From assembly GCA_037447605.1 (NCBI GenBank), contig CM074808.1:2294001-2358000 (forward strand): 64,000 nucleotides of DNA, given 5' to 3'. The position numbers were made by a program, and so were the translations under genes. Shown here piece by piece: positions 50,450 through 63,009 of the stretch (within the stretch, counting starts at the first letter, position 1; every line of letters starts with the position of its first letter). Origin of the DNA: Zygnema circumcarinatum SAG 698-1b. Lineage: Eukaryota > Plantae > Zygnematophyceae. Under the pieces are notes generated by a model. The model ran no database searches, was not told where the DNA came from, and worked only from the letters and a program-made list of their open reading frames with translations.

Positions 50450-51998
50450 GAGGTCGTCACTCGGACAGGCACAAAAAGGGCAGTTCCATGTACAGGAAGT
50501 AGAGTAGGAGTGCAGCAGCAAGAGGCACGTTCTGACTCGCAGATTATGGTCGTCAACCGTAACCGTGTTCGTGCATGTAAAACACAGGTCTTTAGGTGAA
50601 AGTGGAGTGAGTCGTGTGAAAACACGGGGGTCTGCAGCACAAGCAGGAAACCGTGTGGGTATAGTGACTTCAGATCCGCACTGTCTGCGGCTTTAGGACG
50701 ATAGGAAATGCTTTTAGGGGAATAGGATATCGAAATTGCACTACGAGTTGCGCGTCAATTGTAACTGCCTAGAATTGGCAACAACACTTGGGTATGTGCC
50801 AATTTTCGTCTGTGAATTTTGCTGTAATGATACACTCATTGGTTGGATCGACCACCGAACCAGTAATTCGCGACCCAACCCCCTCATTCCTTGAGGTTGC
50901 AATTGTTGAATTATTTTTGCTTGCCAGACACTAGTTGCCACTAGTCAACACTTCTCAGCAGTCACGTCGTTTGATGGAGTCGGCGAGGAGGAGAGGCTTT
51001 GCCTCGGGAAGAAGAGAGGAACCAAGGCCGAACCCTGCCGTGTTGCCAATGCAACTGTCCACTTCGGCAGCGATAGTGCTGTTCGGACCCTGCGCCTGCA
51101 CTCCCGCCTGGAAACTCACAAAGAAGCTGTGATTAGATAGCGGTTGGTCAAAAGAAAAGGAAGCAAAACAGACGGATGACGACAAGAAATGGCATAGCTC
51201 ACATGTTGCTGAAAAAAGTGCTCACTGAGTACACAGATTTGCATGAAATTGTAAAGGAGGCGTTTCAGCGGAGAATAACATACTTGGCAGCGAACGAATT
51301 CACAGGACCTGTGAGGACGACCTCACGTCGAGCGGTGCGAGGAGAGTCCGCGCTCACATTCTGCAGCCTCGCTCGCTGCAGCCACGGGAGAAGCTATGGC
51401 GAGGAGTGCGGCCATGTCCTCTTCGGAATCAAAACAGAGCAGCAAACACTACGCCAGACAGCCAGCCAGCGACGAGAAACCCAACGATAGGGCCGAGCGC
51501 GTTCCCCCCTGCCCTTCTAAGCAGGGCGCCTAAGCAAGCCCTCCCTCTCGCCATAGGAAGGCAAATGGCGGAAGGCGGCCGGCCGATTCTCCGCCCGCGT
51601 GCAGTCCGTACGGCCATGCTATGTTGCTGTCACTGTTCCTGTATTGCGGCGTGCTCACGGCCTTAGGAATCGCCATGTGTAGAACGGGTGTGAAATCATA
51701 GAACGGATGGTCGCGAGACGGGCTGGAATGTTGCGCGCCACGCCAGCGAAGGTCCAGTCGCGATCTCCGAACTTCTTGGACGCGCTCCGATTGGCCCAAC
51801 GCACCGTACGAATACGCGGGGGCCTAGGGCCAGGATGCCACGTGGCGCGAGGGAGCAGCTCCATGCACAACATTTCGCAACCAGTTCAGCTGGGAAAAAC
51901 TGAGTCTGTTGTGACAGGGGAACCAACTGTGGACATGGAGCGCCGGACGGTGGAAAGAGGGCGCCACGTGGCGTCTCTTCCTCCGAGCTGCGGAGAGC

Positions 51999-54900
51999 AT
52001 GGGCCAGGGGGCGGATGGGCGCCGCCATGGCTGGCCTGAGGACGCGCAGGAGGTGCTGCTGCAGCTGGGCGGGACTGGGAGGAGGTTGGAGGCGCATCCA
52101 GGTTGGTTAGACTCTTTGTTGTATCCCCCTCTTTCTGGACGGAACCCTAATGTTGAGCCCAGGGCGTTCTGGAGAGAGATGTGCCCCAGGGAAGGCACGG
52201 ATGTTTAGGCGGGTGAACAGAAAGACCACTGAGGTCTTTCTGCATTTGCAGGTAGTTTGGAGAGAATAATGGTGAAGGGTTGATCATATTAAAGCTGATT
52301 TTCTAACTGAGGTGAAACACCTGTTTCCGGATACAGGACACACAGATATGGAGCAGGCAGAGAGAGAAGCCCGGCAGAGGGTAGGTGCCACCATGGCGAG
52401 AGCCATAGAGGAGGCGGAGGCAGCTGTGCAGAGGCGTGCGGAGGCTGATCTCGCTGCAGAGGCTTACCAGAATCTCAGCTTCGATTTTCCGCTCGTCAGT
52501 ACCGAGGCTTTGGTCGCGCTCGCGTCGACTTTCAGGTAGCTACCCATTGTGACATTCTGAGCCTTGGACCGATCTTAGAAGACTGGCGCCTTCTCCTCCA
52601 GCTTCTATTGAGTTCTGGTTATTGTTAGAATTTTGTTTCTACAAGTACTTTCAGCCAAATTTCTGTTGGCGTCTCCACTCCCCCTGACGCAACTTGAAAG
52701 GTTCAGATCATAACTAATATTTATTCTTTTGAAAATCAAGGCCGAATTTATGCCACACAACACATTGAGTTCGAAGCGTCACTTCGTATTTAATCATCAG
52801 TAATCATCTCTTTGTCTGAAAGCTGTTTCCAGGGCTCAGAATGTTTACTGAGACCATTGAGGCTGGCATTGGGCAATAGAGACGTTCCTTGCTCCTATGT
52901 AAATTCCGAGCCTCTTTGTCAATATAGCGATTTTCGACATTAAGTCTGTTTGAACCTTTTAAGTGAGCCAAAGAGCCGAGGATACCATGCCTTTTGACTG
53001 TATTGCGTGCCCCCATGCCCACTCTCCTGTTCAGGAAGGCTCTTGCATCAAACCAATTGCCGCCTTTCCCCGTAACTGCTCCCCTCGTTTCCGGCGTTCT
53101 GTACCTCACGAAAGGCGGCCAAGGCAGAGAGCCACCCGTCAGGCCATTTTCGACCCCCGAGCAGGAAGGGGACGACGACGAGCTGCGGGCAAGGACGCAC
53201 TCGATTCACACACTTGCAGGTGAGGCTCCATTTCAAGACTGGCAAGAAAGCTTATCTTTTTGGAAGGAAAAGCATCAATAATTAGCATCCTGTGCACCTA
53301 TTTTAAGGCGTTGACAGGCAGCCATGGCTAGTTATCTGGAGGGGCACACTGTTAATTGACAGTGGAGGTTGTGGAGCGTTCAGGTTTCATTCTGCTAAAG
53401 CTTCCAGCCTTCTGCCTTGCTGCATCTCGAGAAGATGGGGGAGCACTCCTTCGCAGAGCGTTAGCATCATATGTGGCGCAGAGTGGCCGTGTGCATGAAC
53501 CAGCCGAGGAGTATGAAGAGAGCGAAGAGGAGAGCAGAGAGCAGGAGTCTTCTGTAGCTGCAGCAATCATTGCTGTCGATGACGGGACTGGCCATGCCAT
53601 GGCTGTTGAGCAAGATGACGGTGAGAGCCTCCCTTGTTCCTTACATGCTTGGTCTCGTCTCCTTCTTTCAGAGTTTACGCTTAGGTTGACGATGAAGTGC
53701 ATTGTGCGCTGCATCAAGTTAAGACACGATCAAATGCTAGAGGTCAAAACAGTGTCCAAGAATGCCCTTCATGAAGTTAATGCTTCAACTCTGTAACCAT
53801 CGAAACCTCATCTGCTTAGTCGAGCATCTGTTCAAAACTACTTCATTTTGTTCATCGTTTAATGGCAGAAGTCAGCCTACAGCCGCTCATGAACTTCTAA
53901 TGACAACCATCAATCATAAACTTTCAATGAAGTTTACGTCCTAATGTGCAAACATTCCTCCCATTCCATTCCTCTATTCCTTCCTTCTTACAGATGACAC
54001 AGAGTGGGAACCTCTAGAAGGTGCTTCTCCCCCGGCAGCCGGCCCTCTCCCTCAAACCGGCCAAAGTGAGGAGACTTCTCTCCATCCCCCCCAACCGGAG
54101 CATTCCCTCTCCTGGCCGGACCTCCTGCGTGGGTTGGCGGGTCTTTCCCGTCTGCTGCAGTTCGAGCATTTGAGCAACCCCGGGGCATGGGCAGAGCTTC
54201 AGCTCACGGACTGCATCCTCACTGTGCTTGAAGGGGCTCTCAGAATAGGGCTTCAGCAGCCTCTAGGGGGGGAAGCAGAGCTTCATGTGGGGCTCGTGGT
54301 GCGGGCCCATGTGGACCTTCTCTGTGAGCGTCTGCTCACTCATCCAGTGGGAGGCGATGGCGGGAAAGACAGTCTGGGAAAGGTGGTCGCTCGAGTGCTA
54401 CGTCTGGTCGGGGTAGAGAGGGAGGGAGTGAGAGGGGGAGGGTTAGCAACAGAAGGTGGTGTTCTGCCACATGCTGCTAAGGCAGACGGGCAGACATTGG
54501 CCCTTGTCATTCTATCTTCTATGTGCACTCGCCTTCCAGCGGGGAGCAATGGTGCCGTAGAGAGAGGGAGCTCGTGGAAGAGGGAAGGTTTTGGCAGCGG
54601 CGGAGCGGCAGCCATGGCCAAGGAGCAGCTATGGCCGGAGGTGGGGGCCGCCCTGCCATGGCTGGGAGCTCGCCTGGCGAGTCTGGGGGGAGAGAAGGCG
54701 GCACACAGTGGTGCGGCTCCCGCATGCCGCTCTGTCATTTTTGCGGCTGCTCCTTGAGGCTGGTTCAGGCACTGATGTTGCTCTGTGAATCTCTGAAGAT
54801 GCATTGCAAGAAGCTTGTCGGATTTGTCGCAATTGGGCTGAGGAGTATGGTTCCGCGAATGTTGCTGGTGTTGCGTAGTATGCGTCATTGTGGAGCAGGA

Positions 54901-56994
54901 GGAGTTGCAGGAGGCGAACTGGCCAGTGGCGAACTGACAAGTGGCGGCATGGGGTGGTTGCAGAGTGGCTGGGGGAGATCAGCAGGGTGCTGGCAGTGCT
55001 GCGGTTCTATGTGAAGGCTGCTCCGGGCAATGCTCGTCTTGGGCCTCCCCTCCTTGAGGTGCGCACTATTGCACGCCAACTGTACGATGATTGTAATGTA
55101 TGACTTGTGTATAATTTCTGTGTTGTCTCCGCCCTCCTTCCCCAATGCGCATAAATTGAGACTGCTTATGAAGTCAGATTCGAATGCCAAAGGGAAGGGA
55201 CCATGCAATCGGACTGTGCTCTAGTAGACGGTCACTGTACGGTTGAGCATTTAAAGCACGGGGACGTTTTTTGAAGCGATTCACACTTTTCACAGTTTTA
55301 ATGGTTTTCAAACTTTTTATGTTCCCAAACTCCCTCACGGGTGTTTTCATGGAGGGTGCTGCTTTAATTTTTACTATTGTGGTGCTTTGTTTGTATGAAT
55401 GAATTCACTTGCATATTGTTGGAAACCTCTGGTTTCTGATTTCTGTGTACACAAAGACTATTATATAGGCAACTGAAGCGGCACGTTTTGAAGTGCCTCC
55501 TGGAAAAGGGAAAGCAAAGTCTGCCACTCGTCATGCTCCTCTTCACCCCTCATGTAAAGATCGGATGAAAGGTGTATTGGATGGATCACATATATGGGCC
55601 GTGGGACGTGGGAGGGAGCGTTGCTAAGCCTTTGCCTTTGCTTTCCCTTCTTTTGGCGGTTCAGAGTGGAGTGTGCCGAGCTGCCGCAGGTCTCTTTGTC
55701 CGAGCCGGGGCCGCACCGGCCATGGAACCCCTGCGCTGCTTCATGCTGCTCGCAGCTGTGAGGGGTCTCCTCCCACATCTAATGTTTCTTACATTTCTGT
55801 GCCAGTTTTCTATGGTTGTTTTGCTTCATTCCGTGACGCGGAGCTTTAAGCTCACGCTCATGCTCCATCATTGCATCCTCGTCAGATGAGTAGCTTTGTC
55901 TCAACTGTTCACAGTGGATTGTTGTATGTAATTCAGTCAGCGCCCACGAGGCTTTCTTTCAGTCTCCCTAACCTTCACAAGCTCACCAAGCTCTTTGTTT
56001 AACATCGCCACCTGTATTGCCAGGTGGCAGCACCAGAAGTGGCCTCCTATGTGGCAGCCATACCTGCGTTCAATGCTGTCATGGCGTCACCCTCTTTCTG
56101 CGATGCGTCCAACCCTGCCGCCTCACATGCTCTGCTTTGGCCACTCCTCCTCAGCCGCCAACAGCAGCTCTCCGGCTCAAATAAAGAGCAAACGACGGAT
56201 GGGGAAGCACCTCTCGCCGGGGAAGCGGCGAGATTGACTCAGTTGGCAGCAGTGAGGCCATTGGAGTTTGTCGAGCTTTCGGTAAGTCATGGCCTTCCTT
56301 ATGCATTGTGCATCGTATCTTGTTCTGTAGCACGTTGTACTCCCCTCCTATCTTTACGCTAGAGCAGGACTGACGAGGAAAAACTCTCTCATCCCCTTGA
56401 ACCGACCCCTCCCCCCCCCCCCTTCCCCATTGTGCTTCCCAGGCAGCTGCATCGCGCATGCAGCGAGTGTTGGCGCTGCTTGAGGAGGCGGCGGCCATGG
56501 CCAGGGGTCCTCCTCCGCGCCTTTGGAAGCCTGGAGGTCGCCTCAGTGGCGCATTGGCAGCTTGCCAGTTGGCAGTGCGAGACGCCGCCACGTGGGAGTC
56601 CGCATTGCAGGATGCCCCTCTTCCTCCGGGCGCCGAAGAAGAGCCGCACGATGGGGCTGTGGCTGGTCATGCGCTGCCCTTGTCTTCGGGGAATGGCTGT
56701 GACGAGGATGGGGGTGCTGGTGTAAGTGAGTTGCAGAGGACAAGTGTTGGCTCTGCAATGGATGCAGCTTTGTCTGTGCAATGGGGTGGTGGGGACGAAG
56801 GTGTCGTGGCGGGAGAGGAAGAGGACGGGGAAGAGAAGAAACGGAGACGAGCTTCGGAAGGGAAGAATGGGGGCAACACTACAGCGGAGGAGGCACGGAG
56901 AAAGTGTCGGGAGCTCTTTCCGAAGCTGGCGGTGCGGCTAAAGCATCTTGTGGCGCTTTCGAGAGGATCCATGGCTGCCGTGAAAAGCGACTAG
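51999..56994 (+). CDS. Uncharacterised multi-exon protein (approximate model)
   Basis: Chain of phase-compatible exon-like ORFs with GT donors and AG acceptors: ~52338-52536, 53032-53219, 53362-53620, 53994-~54640, ~54879-55057, ~56024-56281 and ~56443-56994 (stop). First exon and several junctions are uncertain. No family motif recognised. Confidence 0.5.
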
Positions 56995-57529
56995 AAGGCT
57001 TTCATGCGAAGGTGGAAATGCAGACGTGTTGTGACGGAAGCACGGTCAAAGTCCTTACAGTCGGCCCTTCCTAAGGGAGTCTGTCCATGTCTCGATAGGT
57101 TCCCAACTGTTGACAGCAGCGATTACATAGGGACAGCTCACAGCTTTCACTTGAAAAGTATCGCCTTTTTTTGCATGGCACGCCTGCACACAGGCGTGGA
57201 AACCGGGGCAACCGAAGCCTCATTTTGTCCACGTGGTGAGCAGAGGACACCTGTCTGTTGTTTCTTTCGAAAAAACTCCGCAGGCAAAACCTCGAAATTA
57301 TTATCGATAAGCCCATGCTCGGAAGATTTCAAAACCTGTTTATGTTTGCTTCAGAAACAAACCCTGATGCGGTGCCCCGGCTATTCCCCCACTAGCGACT
57401 GGCCGGCGGGCCCGGCCCTCTGCCCGCACAAAGGAGCAGCACCACCAGAACGGCGGAGGGAGGGGACCAGGGGAGGCGCCCAGCGAACAGCGACCTCGAC
57501 CGGCGGTCACCGCGCGTCGAGGGCTGGGA

Positions 57530-58050
57530 GCCACGTGGCGGTGCGCGATTGGAGAACCCGAGCAGGTGAATCTGTGGAACCCTCGTGTCCGCGACGCGTT
57601 CCAATTGTCGACGTGGCAGCCACGTTGGCTCCACGTCAACAAACAAAAAATATAAACCGCAAGATCCTCCCACTGCCAGACTGCCCGCGCGCTCCAATCG
57701 GCCGCCGGAAAATGATTCCCGCGAGCGATCGCGGGAGCCAAAATCTGCCGCTCGGCGGCTGCCGGCGCGCCACGTCGCCTCCAAAAGTCCACGTGTCTGC
57801 GTCAGTGCTCGCCTGCGGACAATGATTCGCCCCCGCCCGCTTGTCGCGCGGCGCAACCGGACGGCCCGGGGCCCGATCTGCAATTTGTTCGCTGGAGGGC
57901 GGGGCCGCGCTGGAAGGGAATGTTCGAGGGGGGGGGCAGGAAGAGGGGGCGGGCGGCCGAAGCGGGTGGCGCAGACGCGCCGCGCGACGTGGCCGGCGAG
58001 GAGGCCACGAGCCGCCGCGCAAAGATCTGACGGGCGAGTGCCGACGTGGC
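57530..58050 (+). promoter_or_regulatory. Cluster of eight ACGT-core bZIP-type elements (G-box and C/G hybrid boxes) upstream of the BIC-like gene
   Basis: CACGTG at 57532 and 57790; GACGTG/CACGTC at ~57610, 57632, 57771, 57986 and 58043; CACGTT at 57621. Confidence 0.55.
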
Positions 58051-58234
58051 CGCGCAGGAGGGGGGCGGCGTGTGTGCGGGGCAGAGGATGCTGCGCTGGC
58101 GCCTGGCGGGCGGCTGGCACGCTGGAGGCCGTGGAACAAGGGGAGGGGGCGACGGGATGTTTGTGTATGAGGGGGGGAAAGGGAGAGCGGGAGGCGAAGG
58201 CTGGGAGTTAAAGTGAAGGTGCTGAGCAAGGGTG

Positions 58235-58903
58235 ATGGCGGGAGGCTTGACGTCCGGTAGGGATTTAGAGGGAGCCCATATGGACATGTGCATTCTGGAG
58301 AGAAGCGAGGGCTGCGTCATGACGAGCTGCGACGTGGACATGAGCAGCATCAGCGGCTCGTTATGTAGGGAAGGATGCGGCGGAATTCTACTGGGAAAGA
58401 GAAGAAGGGGCTCCACCTCCACTGGCAGCCTTACCGGAGCATTTGGCTCACAACAGGGCGTTCAGGGGGAGAGTGTCAGCGGGGAGGCAGGCGGCAATGC
58501 CCGGACGCGGGCTCGGCATCACGAGCCCTTCAGGGATGCGCTGCATTCCATGGAAAACGCTGGCAGCTTAGGCCGCGATAGTTGGAGGGGAAGTGCGGAA
58601 GGTGCCGGTAGGGAGGCACATCCGGGTGCAGCTGCTGGGGGCTGCTTTAAGAGCGGGCGGGAGCGGCTGGTCAACTTCAGGGCGCTCGTGGCGGGTAACA
58701 TCTCCATACCCGACACGTGGACAGGCGACAACAGCCTCCAGGAGTGGGTCGACTGGACGCCCGTGGAGGTGGCCCTGAGGCCGAAAGGGCTCATGCTGGC
58801 GCGGTCGTCTCTGGTGAACGAGCACTGCGGCGGCCGCAGTGCGCCTCAGCGCGCCGACTCCCACCCGCGGAGCAACAGCGCAATTGAAGTTCAGTTGGCC
58901 TGA
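58235..58903 (+). CDS. BIC1: BIC-like protein (Blue-light Inhibitor of Cryptochromes), single exon, ~222 aa
   Basis: C-terminal GRERLVNFRALVAGNISIPDTWTGDNSLQEWVDWTPVEVALRPKGLMLARSSLVNE matches the recalled BIC cryptochrome-interacting domain pattern GRERL..HR.EVAG.V.IP..WG.E..LK.W.D...F...L.P.G...AR..LV.E. The N-terminus is low-complexity. Confidence 0.75.
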   Translation: MAGGLTSGRDLEGAHMDMCILERSEGCVMTSCDVDMSSISGSLCREGCGGILLGKRRRGSTSTGSLTGAFGSQQGVQGESVSGEAGGNARTRARHHEPFRDALHSMENAGSLGRDSWRGSAEGAGREAHPGAAAGGCFKSGRERLVNFRALVAGNISIPDTWTGDNSLQEWVDWTPVEVALRPKGLMLARSSLVNEHCGGRSAPQRADSHPRSNSAIEVQLA

Positions 58904-59403
58904 TGGGATTAGGGTTTCGGGGAAGAGGCGCCCGCCCCAGGCCAATTTTTTGGTAGTTTGAGCGGTGGACGGTTGATTCGCTCGCCGGCTGCGTCTGAGG
59001 CTGCCCACATCACTACAGCGCAAGCTGCACAGGTTCAGGCAGAGTACTTCTGGGCATTATTGCCTTTTTCCTGAACCTGAGAGGAATAAATAGGAAACAC
59101 TTGTAAATAATTCCTATTTTTTATTTTAGGATAGTGGTAGGATATAAGATGTCTGGAGATTAAATCTGTACCATGCGGATGTTTATCTGATCTGCTGGCT
59201 ACAGCAAGAGGTCGCATGTCAAACTATGTAACTCATTCTTGGTACGAAAACCTGAATGTGATGGACGATGCCGGTCCTCTCCATGATATTCTTGCCACTC
59301 CTTGCAAGGATAAATCTCCTTGTCCTGTTTCCTTTGCCGTTGTGCGTTGCATTGCAGCTTTGTTCGGGCTTGATGCAGTCGATGCTTTTTAATCTTTAAC
59401 TCC

Positions 59404-62400
59404 TCAATCTTCAGCCTTGTACAGTGCAACTTTTTGAGGGATGTACTTCTGAGAAAGTAAAGTCATCGATATAGCTGCGAGCGCTTCTATCTCTATCTTC
59501 CAGCCGGAGTCAAGCATGGCCTTTAGTTGTTCACTGCCACAGCAAAATGTCACCCGTTTTTTAAGGCTCTGTAGATGAATCGCAATGACGATAGGAAAGT
59601 CGGTGAACCACTCGGTTTAATTTATTCATCCATGATGTTTTCGGACGGGTGGAAGGTTGCCTACCACCAGTCTGGCGCAAGGCTCTGCAGGAACGGTCTA
59701 GCGAGCAGCGCTCTTCCCTTCATGTAATCTGCACCTTAAGTTCCGTCATCAGAAGCGCAGCATGCATCTGTGGACCCCAGAGCTCAGCTGGAGAATTTTC
59801 TGTAGCTCCAACGCTGAAGGTACATGGTAAGGGCCTTACCTCTTTTCGACAGACTTAGACGGCATCGGCTTGGGATTGCAAACGCTTTTTGATCAGATGA
59901 GAAAACGCCAATCCATTGAAGTTTTGGAGTGGCCATGTTTTGTGCGTCATGCGCCATTTGCTATGCCAACCCAATATGGCAGACAAACAGCAAGTGCCCC
60001 CCCAGTAAGTGTCTGATCCCTGCCTTAAAGTAACAGAAGAGACAATTTAGTTTTCCGATCACAAAATGCACAATTTTCCACTTTCACTGCATTGCACTCA
60101 CCAGTTCAGACCTTTTCTCTGATTATGCGTGCTTTCAAGATAACAGTGCTGGAATAAACTGCCCGCGGTTTCCTAGGATAAGATCCTACCAGTGATCCAA
60201 ATCTATAGGTGGACATGATGTCGATGCCGTATGGGTCTCCGTCCGATAGTCCAAAAATTGGAACTGAGAGTTCGCTGGCAAGCTTGTGAAGGAACAGTCT
60301 CGTTGAGACGTCAGGGTAGCCCTTTCCCTGCAGCGAAGAGCTAGAAAACGCATGTGTCTCAAAATGCATCACATTTCAAACAGGAGTTTGAAACACAGCC
60401 ATGGCTCTTGGTATTCAAGCAGGAAGCAGACGCTTTAACAGGTGGTGACAGTAACATATACCGTTATGACAATCGCTCTGTTCCCCTGGCAGAAGCAATC
60501 ATCTGCGAGCCGCATGAAAGCTGCATTTCCCGTCTTCGATGTTAGTTCATTGAGGCAGACGGTACACTTGAGTATCGAAGAAGTTGCTACACCAGGTAAA
60601 AGAATAATGCCTCTTGGGTTAAAACGTGGAGCATATTTTGCTCCAAGGAAGCCAGATAAAAAGAAATTGCTATGTGCAAAGCTTACCGCTTTCCTTCTCA
60701 ACGATCAATATGTAATCAGCGTCAGCACTGATATCTGTAAAAAGGAGATGCCAAGACCACCGGATGTTATGAACTCTGACTGGGTTGAAAAGCAGAAAAC
60801 TGTATAAGAATTGGATAGCTGAAGCCGTTGAAGCCAACGCAAGTAACCGAGGCTTCCAAAGGTTGAAAGCCCTCACCGCATACGTTATCTGTACACGACG
60901 GAATTCCCAGACCCTGACGAGGCACCCATGCACAGATTCGATCGTTAGCCACCACAGGATCGAGTAGGACAAGTGAAAATAGTTTCTTGAGCAACGACGC
61001 GGGTGTCCTTACCGTCTGCCGGGACAGAGAACAGTCAACGACATGCCCGTTTTCCTTGTAGCTCAGGCAACCCATAACGAGTCTGACAGCCCATCCGGTC
61101 CAAACTAATTTAGCATTTCAAAGAGCGAAGTTATACAGAGTAACTGATTTGAAACCTTCAACTTCTCTCTATTGGTAACGCAGAAGCTTTTAAAGCTCAT
61201 GCCATCGACGCTGATGTTAAGTTTGAAATGGCTATCACTGCAAGGAAAGGTAAAGTTCACGAGCCGATGGCCCAAGCAGCCGACTCCCTACCCTTTGCTC
61301 GCAGATACCTGCACCAAGGGACTCGGTTTGCGTTAATAGTTATGCGTATTACAATTTTCAGAATTTTCAGGGACATGACGCTCACTCAGCTATGACATTA
61401 GATGATGAAAAAACAGAAGTTACCACGTTCAAAGCCGATCTTGGACAGTTGAAGTATGTGCAAATATCTACGAGACCGCGATCAACAGTCTGCTGATCTG
61501 CAGTGGTCAAAGTCAATACACGACGTGGCATAAGATGCTCGGTTTGAATCTCACTGTCAATTCAAATGCACTTTCAAGTAAGGCTGGAAGCCAGTTTGTC
61601 TTCAGGCAGCAGAAACCGTCGTCGACAATGCCTGGCAAGCTGGATAAAAATCGGTACCTTTGAACAGGCTGACATCGGTGTAGTAGATGTCCCTTTTTGA
61701 TGCATGTACTCTCCGCTGGAGAAGACTTTGAACAAGTTGCAATATTCGTACCATGGCAACTGAAGGGTTGCAGCACCACGAAAATAAACAAACGATGGAA
61801 GCAGTAAGATAAATGGACTGGCAAAGGATACTTTGAACCGATTAAATCCCTGACAGAAGACATGGAAGTCCAAGGCTGGCCATGTCATTGGAGGAAGTCG
61901 GTACAGATGCTGGCCGGCAGGCAGCTTTATTACCAAGCCTTGTTCCATTGCCTCGGGTACCAAGTTCAGAAGTCCACGTTTCCGAAGATGTTCCATATAC
62001 ACCGCTGCAAGGCGGCACATCAAGCAGCTATGTCTCAGAGGCTGATTTTTGTAGCGCTAGCGACTTGGAAAATTTATAGAATCTACATATGCTGTTGCAA
62101 AAATCTTACACAACAGAGTGGGAAAAAAATGAACTAATGACCTTTCAACATGGTTCTTGATGAAATCAACGTGCATCACACGGTAGCGGGGTACAAATAA
62201 GGCCGGCAACTTGTTGTTTGCGATGTCCCGGAGGATAATCAGAGCAGCTTCTGCAAGACACGTCACAAACTTCAAGCTGATAGTTTATGGAAATCCAAGC
62301 AGCAGAAGTCATTTTGACGTTTCTGGAGAATAAGCAAGCCGTAATTTCAAGTAGTACTAATAATAGCTAAAGTGCTCCAACCCCATTCTGGGGGGTCGCA

Positions 62401-62498
62401 TTGGTGGCTGCACCTTCAATCATGCGCAGAATACCGCCTTCAGCAGCGTGACGGGTTCCTTCCTGCAGCAGCTGCGATGTCTGCACGCCCTCCGCCAT
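59404..62498 (-). CDS. SPO11-1: Meiotic recombination protein SPO11-1 (topoisomerase VI-A family), ~14-15 exons
   Basis: Spliced exons give HASKRDIYY (catalytic Tyr), TVDRGLVDICTYFNCPRSALNV, VSASKG|LVMG, ADYILIVEKE, FC.GNRAIVITGKGYPDVSTR, DGDPYGIDIMSTYRFGSLQMAHD, WIGVFSSD and KIEIEAL...YIPQK-stop. These match the SPO11-1 rather than the SPO11-2 or TOP6A pattern. One N-terminal exon (~61900-62100) was not resolved. Confidence 0.88.
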
Positions 62499-62848
62499 GC
62501 CGTTGTCAAGCTTCAAGTTGCAAGTTCCTGCAAGAGCGAGCAAGAGGTACCACCGGTTCGTCCCGCGGTACGCTGCCTGCAACGGTGCGGCGGACACTCG
62601 ATACTGCAACTAGGGACGCCAGTAATACATTTGATGGACGGTTGGACCATCCTCCCCTTCCTCGAAGCTTCGCGTCCCTTCGGCATCGCGCTCGCCTCAC
62701 CAGCGCCCGTGTTGGGCGTCCCTACGCTCGCCGCCGGACATTTGTACGGTCGTAACTTATGTGTGTTCGCGCGGCCTACCGCCGCGCGCCACGTGGTCAA
62801 TCCCGACTTCCCGTGTTCCCCACTAGGGGGTCTCAGACTTAAACAAAA

Positions 62849-63009
62849 CTTGGTAATCGTACAGCTTGGTAATTGGTAATCGGGGATAGAGAAATTGGTA
62901 ATAATGATTACTTTGCCGAACCTGTGCCGAACCAAATGCAAGTCAACGCTGGTAATCGTACAAGTCCGAAATTGGTCATGGGCGCCCCAATACTTGGTAA
63001 TCGTACAGC
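62849..63009. repeat. Dispersed direct repeats of TTGGTAAT(CGTACAG) in the SPO11-1 upstream region
   Basis: CTTGGTAATCGTACAGC exact at 62849-62865 and 62993-63009; CTGGTAATCGTACAA at 62949; further TTGGTAAT cores between them. Confidence 0.75.

Noticed and set aside
50955-51617. Small minus-strand ORFs/exon-like segments between HSP90 and the uncharacterised gene, including a 62-aa ORF with a hydrophobic tail
   Set aside because: Could not assemble a phase-consistent gene model; no recognisable motif.
57004-58422. Several long overlapping R/A/G/P-rich ORFs upstream of BIC
   Set aside because: GC-rich promoter region; translations are low-complexity on both strands with no homology.
62821-62830. 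CACTA pentamer before the repeat array as a CACTA transposon end
   Set aside because: No matching TAGTG terminus or TSD found within the window.
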